DNA from: Octopus vulgaris
Lineage: Eukaryota
DNA: 64,000 nt
Assembly: GCA_951406725.2 (NCBI GenBank)
Contig: OX597818.1
Span: forward strand, 80,166,001 to 80,230,000
Direction: 5' to 3'
Shown here in pieces: positions 54,251-64,000 of this stretch. The translations under genes were made by a program, and so were the position numbers. Positions within the stretch are counted from its first letter, which is position 1, and every line of letters begins with the position of its first letter. The notes under the pieces were generated by a model. That model was not told the DNA's origin. It did not search any database and worked only from the letters and a program-made list of their open reading frames with translations.

Positions 54251-55469
54251 CTGTATACTTTGATAGGTATGGTTGTGTGGTAAGAAGCTTGCTTCCCAAC
54301 TACATAGTTCCAAGTTCAGTCTCACTGCGTGATACTTTTGGCAAGAGTCAAGCCTCGGACCGATCAAAGCCTTGTGAGTGGATTTGGTGGACAGAAGCTG
54401 AAAGAAGCCCGTTGTATGTATATATATATAGTTTATTCAAATAAACAAAAAGTTAAAAAACAGAGAAAAATAAGAAAAAAACGAACGTGCGGACGTGCAC
54501 AAGAAATATATTAATTAGACGCTCGGTGAAGAGAAAGAGTTGTTGCATCAGGTTCGTTTCCTGGTGTTGTATGAACATTTAATGTGGTTTTAGAGTCAAG
54601 TTTTGGCTGCTATTTCCAGCGTGGTGGTATCTCTTAGATATCCTAAATTATAATTACACACACACATATGTGTGTGTGTATACTAATTATGGGGGTTTAG
54701 TTCAAACGCTAGGTGAGTGCTGTAATGGATTTCAGGGGCTCCAAAGTTATAGCCGAGATGGTAGTTATGGAGCCATTGCAGATTTCCGATGCTGCGGATA
54801 TATAATTGTTAAACAGGACAGCAAATAATAAGGCAAGGCAATCATCGCAAGTTATACATCTCAAGTTATATACAATATGTTTGCATTGCCTTAATGTTTG
54901 CTATCCTGTTTAACAATTATATATATATTCCACCAATATATTCATACCAACCGGAATTATTGTATATCCAACTAGAAAAGCACTCGGAGAGCGCAGACCT
55001 CCGTCAAGCAGCTCATTTCCACCCATATACACGCATGCTGAAAATCACCCAAATTCCCAAACCAACGCCGGCAAAAACATAAACTCCTCCCATACTTATT
55101 TCGACCATCGTCATCATCAACACTGTCTCTGCTTTCACCACAATCACCGTCAAAACTACGATCACCACAATCAGTTTCTTTACACAGTTGAAAATCCATT
55201 ATCTTAATACTCATGGGACCGAGATTGTTGCAGATTTTTGACTTTTCTAATTTCGGAGTGCTTTATTAAAAAAAAAATAGCACCTACAAAACGGAACTGT
55301 TTGAGGATAGAAACCAGGTCTAAACACAATAGCTCATAGACATACTCTGAATGTAGTTCTATACAAATCTTTAATAATTTTTTTTTATACTGAAGACCAT
55401 CAGCAATGTTAAGATATCAGCCTCTACCCACGTTGTCATGCTTTGATTAAAAGGTTACAGCATAGATTA

Positions 55470-55910
55470 GATTACTTAGATAAGTTTCGGCCGAAGTTGA
55501 CTCAGGCCATGTCTAATTTAATAGCACCACCTGGAAGAGATACACAGTCAGCTCTGGGGAACCGTAGCCCATTCAAGCAGAGGGTTATTGTTTTCAGAGA
55601 CATATCTGGGTGTGAGTGGTTTATCTGGTATTTGTTGAGGGTAATTATCTCGGGATCGTTTGAATGCTGTGAAGTCACTTTCCTCCTTTATGTGTGTTTG
55701 GCACGATGTTGAAGAGAGGAGGGCCAATTGAGGTGAAATAGTTCTGTCATAGTGTTGTGATACGACACGAACATTTCTGTAGTGGACGGATGGCACGGGA
55801 GCCAAACTTCGGACGAATTTTAAAGATGGGCAATAAAGATTATTTTCCACATCATACAGATGATATAGAGCTCACAGCGGCGTTGAAGAGAGAGCAAAGC
55901 CTGAGCTTTT
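55470..55910 (-). mobile_element. CR1-group LINE 3' end
   Basis: FTAFKRSRDNYPQQIPDKP...Y...NN-like C-terminus followed by an (AATCT)-like tail. Confidence 0.6.
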
Positions 55911-56107
55911 TGAGTCGATCCCAATAATCAAAGCTTGTTATGTCATCCTCCGCAGACCTCCGCCAAGCAGCGCATTTTAAGATAGATACGCAAGTAAAAT
56001 TACTAATAGAGAAACGAATATAAACTTTGGAATCAGCAACGCCACCATAGGTTAAGTGGAAACGATGAGCGTGTTTTCAAGAGAGACAATCAAAGAACGT
56101 AACATTG

Positions 56108-56377
56108 GGATCTTTTCCTTTTGAACGGCAGTTTTCAACACAAATTCTAGTTAACTAAACACTTTTAAACTTCGTAAACTGGTAGAATGTGTCAAAATAA
56201 AACATTTTTTTCTCTTGGCTTTCTTGAGAAAATTGTAATTTGTAAGTTTAACTTAGTTTAATTTTTCGAATTTTAACCAATCCTATGGCCTCTATTGAGC
56301 TACCAGTATACGAAGTTTAAAAGTGTTTAGTTAACTAGAAATTGTGTTGAAAACTGCCGTTCAAAAGGAAAAGATCC
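56108..56377. mobile_element. Young MITE with about 78-bp GG-starting TIRs and 8-bp TSD (Merlin-like)
   Basis: GGATCTTTTCCTTTTGAACGGCAG... / ...CTGCCGTTCAAAAGGAAAAGATCC; TAACATTG at 56100-56107 and 56378-56385. Confidence 0.85.
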
Positions 56378-56979
56378 TAACATTGTAATACTTCATGTAA
56401 AGTAGATATAACAAAATGAAAAATCCTTCAAAAATCCATAAAAATTGCCGGATCACTACCAAAATTTCATCATCTGTTCCTTGTGTCATTACCAACTTTT
56501 TCTGCAAGTTTCATCAAATACTGTTTACAACATTTTGAGTTATTTTGCACACAGACGAACAGACGGACAAACCAACGCCGATGAAATCATAACCTCCTTC
56601 CTTGGCGGAGGTAATTACGTGATGAGCGGAATCGGAAAACTCTGTATTGTCGCTGAGGACATATTCATATTTCTACTTCATTGTATTACATAAAATTTTG
56701 GTTTAATTGCATACACATACATATACACACGTCCACATTCACACTTATACACTCACGTCCATATGCACACACACGCGCAATCGCGCACACACACACACAT
56801 ACAAATACACGAAACGCACATCACTTCACACAACGCCCAACTAGGTTACTTGTACACATACACATACATGCTCACACACACATACACACCAGTACATGAA
56901 ACTCGCATCACTCCACAAAATGTACGCACTAGGTTACTTATACACATACACGCACACAGGCCCACATAATTTTAAGCCT

Positions 56980-57575
56980 GTCCCCATTCACACATGTTCG
57001 GTTGGAGGGGATGCTTGTGTTTGTAAAAAAGCTTCGTAACGCGGTGTTTCCTCTTGTTCTTGATGGTCTGGGATAAAAATTGGCCCTTTCTCATCTTGTA
57101 TGAGCAATACCGAATGTCTTCATGCACTAGCTGCCTGATAAGAAACTCAGACACTCCCCTGTCCCTGGCGTTGGGCCTGATTGGTTTGTGGAGATCGTTG
57201 TCAATCATGCTCTGGATCTCACCAACAAATTCAGGAGATCATTTCTTATCAGAACAATCAGAGTGGGTTTTCCGAGCTGCTGCACCTTCGTAACCACTAT
57301 TGGAGTCATCCAACTCTTTCCGAATCCTCCGAAAGACACCCTAACACCCTGAAATGTTCGTATTGGAGTATTGGAGCCTCCGGCATGAATGCCAAGATGT
57401 ACAGCGTATCGTTTCCAAATTTCTGGCAGTGTGAATTGCATCATGGTGCTGTTTTTCTCACAGACGATGCCCAGCTGACCCTACAATATTGTGTAGTCGG
57501 CAAAATCCAAAACAAACAATGCGCATGTGCAAAATTAAAAATATAAACTGGCGACAATTTACCCATCACACCATG
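56980..57575 (-). mobile_element. 5' part of a Tc1/mariner-superfamily element
   Basis: N-terminal HTH-like ARDRGVSEFLIRQLVHEDIRYCSYKMRKGQFL, related in style to the 29870 remnant; TIR-like end near 57550-57575. Confidence 0.65.
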
Positions 57576-57698
57576 TGCATGTGTATATCTGTGTGTGTGT
57601 GTGTGTAGAAATAATTGAGATTCAGTTGAATTAGGTATCTAAGTTGAAGCACCATGTCAGTACGGTATTATGCGCACAGCTCGAAGTAAGGTGAATAA

Positions 57699-58251
57699 AA
57701 TCAAAATAATCAACAAGATATCAAGTAGTGATGCAGTACGGCCATTTCAAGCGGCTCTAATTGAACAATGCAATCGTTACATCAATTCATATGCAGTGAC
57801 ATCTTCAGCTGCACAAATAAATAAATTCTAACAAGTAGGACACATTAATATAATTTTTCTCAAATATTTTAACAGAGCAAGAAGATGGAAGAAATTCATG
57901 TTGTCGCTATTGTAGCTAAAAATAAACTACTCTTCCAAGAATCGCATGAAGCCTATTGCGGTCATATACAACACCATGACCTCAATAGGCTTCATGCGAT
58001 TCTTGGAAGTGTAGTCTATTCTTAGCTAAAATAACAACAGCATGAATTTCTTCCATCTTCTTGCTCTGTTAAAATATTTGAGAAAAATTATATTAATGTG
58101 TCCTACTGGTTAGATTTCTATTTATTCATTTGTACAGCTGAAGATGGCATTGCATTTAAATTGATGTAATGATTGCATTGTCCAATTAAATGGAGTCGCT
58201 TGAAACATTCGTACTGCATCATTACTTGATATCCCGTTGTTTATTTTGATT
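57699..58251. mobile_element. About 550-bp palindrome with hammerhead-like cores in both arms (inverted Penelope pLTR-like)
   Basis: Arms of about 270 bp around a 10-nt loop (57966-57975); CUGAAGA...GAAA...GUA with stem I at 57732-57813 (-) and 58133-58218 (+). Confidence 0.75.
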
Positions 58252-58269
58252 ACACACACACACACACAC

Positions 58270-58320
<51 letters not shown>

Positions 58321-58479
58321 TGTGTGTATGTGTATGTACATACATATGTATTTGTACATACATACATACATACATACATACATACATACATACATACATA
58401 CATACATACATACATACATGAATATATATGTATATATATGTTTGCATGTATGTACGTTTTTTCGATTTTTTAATTTTTA

Positions 58480-59538
58480 TAAATCTTCCAATGAGGAGGG
58501 AGTCGGTTTCCAACAAAGATACAAGGTACCATCTTAGGGTTGTAGTTAACACAGACAAATTCACGTTTGGAACTTAAGAAAAGTCTTGCATATTTTTACC
58601 GTTCCACACACAGATTGGACTTGTAATGTACGAATCAGCTGGTTAATTTCTCTTTCTGAAAATCCCAGTTTATCCAGATTCTCCTTTAAGCATTTTCTAA
58701 CAAAACCTAGTGCTCCAATTATTATTTGTATGAATATGAATTTATAATCTAGATATTGAAGCTGGAGGTTTCGAAGCAGTTGTCCATAGATATTTTCTTT
58801 TTCATTGATTTTCAAAGAAATATTTATATCTGCATGACAGCTAAACTCTATGACAGTACATACCTTTGCCCCTCTGTCCCAAACAACAATATCCGGCCTG
58901 TTATGCTTACATTTGACAGAAGTTTTGATGGGAATATTCCACCAGTATTCCTTGAGTTGATGTTTAGGAATGTATTCCATAACAGAGGGATTTTCTAAGC
59001 TTATTTCAGGACAGTCATTTTTGCGGATAGCATTGTAAATTGTTTAAGCAACAACATCGTACCGCATACAGAGGTAGTACCGCGACGACATTTTAGCACA
59101 ACTGCTAATCACATGCGTAATGTCTTCCACAGAAATATGACATAGCCTGCACATGCGGTTGCAGCTTGGGTTTACAAGAGTATCACTGTCTCCCTTGTTC
59201 ACCAAGTACTTTGTGGCAATCTCCTGTTCTTGCATTGCAAACGCATAGCCTTCAAAGTGTGATGTGATGTGATGGAGTAGTCTTGTGTCCAAGAGAGGCT
59301 GCGCTTCGTGTCAATTCTACTGTCTTCTTCAAGCTTCCGGACAACATACGCATGCACTGTCTTTTTTTATTTATTTATTTATTTTTTGTATGCTGAGTGC
59401 TTTCCATTCAGGTCTTCTCTGAGGTAAGAGAGTCCAGCTGTTTTGGGGCTGAATAGGAGATCACCAGGAAGAGAGTGTTTGTTGAGGAGTTCACTGTCAA
59501 CTCGTACAATGTTATTCACTTCACTTTTCAGGACTACA

Positions 59539-59576
<38 letters not shown>

Positions 59577-60600
59577 CTGCTGTTGTTTAGCAGGTGCTGC
59601 CTGAGTGACACCATACGGCATTCGAAGGCCGTCTGCATTAATCTCAGGCCTCTACCACCTTCATTTCTTCTTAGGTAGAACCTGTCAACATCACTGTTTC
59701 TGTGGAAGTTCCTAGTTGTTGTCAAGATTTTGCAGGTTTTGATATCTATAGAGTGGATTTCCTCTATAGACCAATCAAGTATCCCAAATGTTGCGGTCAA
59801 AACTGGTACGGCAAATGCATTGTGGGATATTGCTTTGCTGTAAGAAAAGTGTTCCGACTGCCATATTTTCCTTAGCCTGGTGTAATATTCTCGGGTCGCT
59901 CTATCTTTATTCACAGTGCCTTCATATGATACATTTTCGTCTATGCCTAGGTACTCATAACATTCTTTGTGTGGAATGGGGGAGACAGAGATACCGTTGA
60001 TGCACAAGTTTTGGGTTTGGGGAACTGAGGTTCCGCGATCTTTAACCAAATATGAACATTTCTTTTGACCAAATTCCATACCTATATCAGCTGAAAATGT
60101 TATCAATTCCCGTTGCCTTTTGGAAATGTTAACACTTTTAGAATAAATCTTGAGGTCGTCTACAAAGAAATTATGAGTTACATTGATATTTCTAGCAGTT
60201 GAAGATCCTAGCATGTAACCATTTATTTTCTGCAGTAAGAACGATAATGGATTCAGTGCCAAAATGAAAAGAAGTACAGAAAGACTATCTCCCTGGAACA
60301 TTCCCGTTGTAATGCCTCTACTATTAAAAACAATTATTCTGTTCTCAGTAGTAAGAATAGTTGTCCACATTTTTATGAGTCTCTCTATAGCAGCAGTTAC
60401 ACACGTTGATGTCTACTTCAAGTTTTGTTTTCCATCTAGATTGTTTCCGTTTAGTAATTTCGTTACTTTGTTCAATGTAGATTTCTTCTATGTGTTCTTT
60501 TAGAGTAATAGCGGCTGTGTATATAAGAGTATTAATATTCCAGTAATTAACACCAAATGATTCCATGTGCTCTCCAGTAACATCGTTGATAACTTTAAAC
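58480..60600 (-). mobile_element. R4/Dong-like RLE non-LTR retrotransposon remnant
   Basis: RT motifs GMFQGDSLSVLLFILALNPLS, FFVDDLKIY, YEYLGI and GGRGL; CCHC knuckle CRLC...HVISSC; RLE NRPDIVVWD...IEFSC...KENIY; stops, frameshifts and an internal deletion near 60370. Confidence 0.9.
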
Positions 60601-60675
60601 ATTAGATGTATGTATACGGGTATAAATCTGAACTTGTGAATAGCTGTAAATGCCTCAATATTTTAGAGAAGGTAA

Positions 60676-60888
60676 GGCGGCGAGCTGGCAGAAACGTTAG
60701 CACACCGGGCGAAATACTTAGCGGTATTTCGTCCATCTACCCGTTCTGAGTTCAAATCCCGCCGAGGTCGACTTTGCTTTCATCCTTTCGGGGTCGATAA
60801 ATTAAGTACCAGTTGCGTACTGTGATCGATCTGATCGACTGGACCCTTCCCCCAAAATTTCGGGCCTTGTGCCAAGAGTAGAAAAGAA
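60676..60888 (+). mobile_element. Well-preserved tRNA-derived SINE with Meta/MESC-like central domain
   Basis: GGCGGCGAGCTGGCAGAA...GAGTTCAAATCCC head; GCTTTCATCCTTTCGGGGTCGATAAATTAAGTACCAG central domain. Confidence 0.8.
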
Positions 60889-62528
60889 TATTTTAGCGTA
60901 GGTGTTTTCTTTTTCGCTTATATTTCTCTTTATGTTGACATCTGGTGGGCAACTGATTTCATTACTCTTCTCTGTCCTGAATCACTATGTCTGGTCTCCA
61001 AACCACTATGCCTGGTCTACGTGGCACCTTGGTTTTTAGATATTGTTTCTGTTGCAGTGGGCAGATTTTCTTGAGTACAGCAATGCGTCACATATCTCGG
61101 TCATACGAAAGAGAGGACCGAGATAAGTGGCGCATTGCTGTATCCAAGAAGACCCACCCATCACAACATAATTAATATCCTAAAATCAAGGTACCACGTA
61201 AAATGCCTTGATGTGGATGCTAGCGCCACGTAAAATGTACCTAGGAAACTATGTAAAGTGTTTGGTGTTAGGAAGATCCAACTGTAGAAACCTAGCCAAA
61301 ACACTCTATGGAACTTGGCGCGATCCCTGGCCTTGCCAGTTCCGGTCAAGCCGTCCAACTCATGCCAGCATGGAAACCAGACGTTAAATGTTGTTGTTGT
61401 TGATGATGATGATGATTTTACTGAGGTTGTCACTGAGAGATTCTGCCAATACCTTTTTTGGCTCTACCACACAGCGGGGTCTTATCTCTTTGATCACATG
61501 ATTATCTTTCTCACAGATCTCATTGTAAAGTATATTGGCTACAACATTGTTTCACCAGTAAATATTAATGTGATGACATTTTTGAACAACTCTGAATTAT
61601 ATCTTCATACACACACATATAGGTAAGTTTTCGGTAAAAGTCTATGAAGTCATGAGTGAGTGTGTGACATTGGCCTTCGTCTGCTCGACAGAGCTGAACG
61701 GTCAAACACGTTCGTTATACACACTCACGCATGACTGACATCATGTACCAATACCAAAAAATTGCCTTTGCCTATGTATCTATGTGTGTGTGTGTGTGTG
61801 TGTGAAGTAGAAAAAAGGCTTTGTTTATAATAGTTGACTTTTCCCAAACAGGAAGTGACCTCACATTAATGTCAACTACACCCACTATATTTCAGCTGCA
61901 TTAATTTCTATTCTAAACATCCTACTCAGCAGAATTTACTTTTATTTTCATGCCAAATATTAAAAGTACTCTAAAAGAAATTGCTCTATCAGAAAAAAAA
62001 AAAAAAAAATTAGCTCGCTTAGTCCACGTATCATTTTTAGTTGCAATTTTTGTTAATTATGACCCTCCCCTACAAACACTTACATACATATACACACCCA
62101 TGAGTATGTAAATATGTGTGTTTGTGCCCATATGATGTGATGTTCAATTTTGTAAGGGATGATTTAAGGAAATCACAAAATTACAATAGTTTCTTTAAAT
62201 GCAACGCAGTCCCAAAGCCCGAAATAATTTATAATAAATATAGACTCGCTAAGCACAGGCACTCTTTTAGTTCAACATGCGCACACAACTCACAATGATG
62301 TACACACATTGACACATAGAGGCATACACAATAGCGTAGGCAAAACCACCAATAATAATTATTATACATTTTTATTTATTTATAATTAGTATATATTTTA
62401 CATCTTCTCAATACATATCTATAAATATAAAAAGTAGTAAATAATATTACTGATTAAATTTTTTTTAAATTTTAGCTTTTTCCGCCCAGCATGCATCATT
62501 CCTTACTTTGCTAACATTCAAAATCAAA

Positions 62529-62567
62529 ATGGCTGATTACGATGATCAGATCTCCGATGGCGAAAAG
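62529..62567 (+). CDS. CAPZA: F-actin capping protein subunit alpha, first coding exon
   Basis: Kozak-like AAAATGG; MADYDDQISDGEK resembles vertebrate MADFDDRVSDEEK; phase-0 donor AAG|GTAAC; rest of gene beyond the window. Confidence 0.8.
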
Positions 62568-62805
62568 GTAACATCTTGTTGACATTTACTTTGTATTCTC
62601 ATTTAGTAGTTGTCTTGATAAAGAATAAGAATTTTTATTATATTCGAATCTTTTACCCAAAATTTCCGGTTGTAACAGTATTTAGTTGCGTGTAATAGAA
62701 ATCAATTGACATAGTCTTGGTGGATGGGATGTCACACACATTCATATATATATCAATATATATATATATGCACATGACTATTTAATATACACATGAAAAA
62801 TAGAC

Positions 62806-62845
<40 letters not shown>

Positions 62846-63701
62846 CTGTAATATGTACATTCTTATAATACACATACATAACACTTGACCATGTTTACTG
62901 TGCGACCCCTCCCTTCATCTTTTAAAAATATAATTATTCAGTTCGTTAATTCATATAATATTATATATATCAATATATAATTTTCGTTAAGTATTTCAGT
63001 GGAATAACCAGTAACATTATTATTATTCCAGTGAATAATAGTTTGATGTTACTCTGTCTTCATTATATTTCCGCTCAACACCGCCCTCAATCAAATAATG
63101 ATTAATTAATTCTATCAGGAACCACCTGAAGATTTTACCCTTCAACCTTCCTAATTTTTTAAAATTAATTTTTATTCGTTGTGCCTTATTTCACATTCTC
63201 ATTCTTCGTCAAATGTCGTTAATGCACTTTGAAGAGGCATGAATGTCACAAGTTCCTATTTCACAGCATTAAAAAAAGAAGAATCTGGGCGTCTTCTTGG
63301 ATGAAGAAAGCTTATTGGCAGTAGAAGTGGTAGAGTGTTTGCTGGTTGGCTGATTGGATGCTTTTACAATATTTCGTTAGCTTCGTACCCTATGGTTTTG
63401 AGTTCATATCCCATCAGAGTCAACTCATTGTTTAGATTCTGTTTGTTTCGAGTGATAAAAGTTATATAATAAAATCGATTCGAAAACGTCAGCTATGACT
63501 CCTCTCCCACCTCAAAATTGGTCGTGTGTTTCATCAAACGGCATCAATATATATATATTTGGCATTCTTTAACTGCAAAGAACAATCATCCTATGTAAAA
63601 CCGAAAAAAATAAAATAGTTTACAAGGATAGACAACTAGATTCAATTATTATATCGCTTCCCTTTTAACAAATATGGCCTCTCTCCTTTTACTCAAAGTG
63701 G

Positions 63702-63750
<49 letters not shown>

Positions 63751-64000
63751 TGAAGAGATTGACGTAAACAACCTGCACTTCGATTGTCAGTTTGTATTGT
63801 TTCCGTCAAAATATTTTGTAAACAATTCCTATAGCTTTGACTTTTAGATGTTTTTTGTTGTTGGCTGCAAGAATGTCACCTACTGCGATTCGTCTCTATT
63901 CTGATATACACACACACACACACACATATATATATACACATATATAAAATTCGCTCGAGTTCTTCGTAATTTTTACATCCTGTATTAAAATTGAAAGATA

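Larger units (their letters stand above)
54971..56614 (-). mobile_element. Helentron-associated (HINE-like) element(s) with nested insertions
   Basis: Subterminal inverted repeats ACCTCCG(T/C)CAAG (about 54997 and 55956) versus CTTGGCGGAGGT (56601); terminal hairpin GCACTCGGAGAGCGC next to ACTAG. Confidence 0.6.

Overview
AT-rich, microsatellite- and repeat-dense eukaryotic (metazoan) DNA. The SINE and repeat content suggests an octopus-like cephalopod (inference). Host genes: a two-coding-exon FIBP gene (+; 2829-3040 and 14051-14942, about 367 aa, 11-kb intron) and the first coding exon of F-actin capping protein alpha (+; 62529-62567). Head-to-head with FIBP is an uninterrupted pogo/Fot1-type transposase-like ORF (-; 802 to the window edge, missing from the ORF track) whose first catalytic Asp reads Asn, a candidate domesticated transposase. 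The rest is mostly decayed mobile DNA: tRNA-derived SINEs, RTE, CR1-group, CRE and R4/Dong-like non-LTR elements, Penelope-like elements, mariner/Tc1/pogo/hAT/piggyBac MITEs and Helitron-type elements. Several unrelated fold-back palindromes carry type I hammerhead-ribozyme-like cores on both strands, apparently inverted Penelope pseudo-LTRs. Most listed ORFs are microsatellite artefacts. Repeat boundaries are approximate unless TIRs or TSDs are cited.
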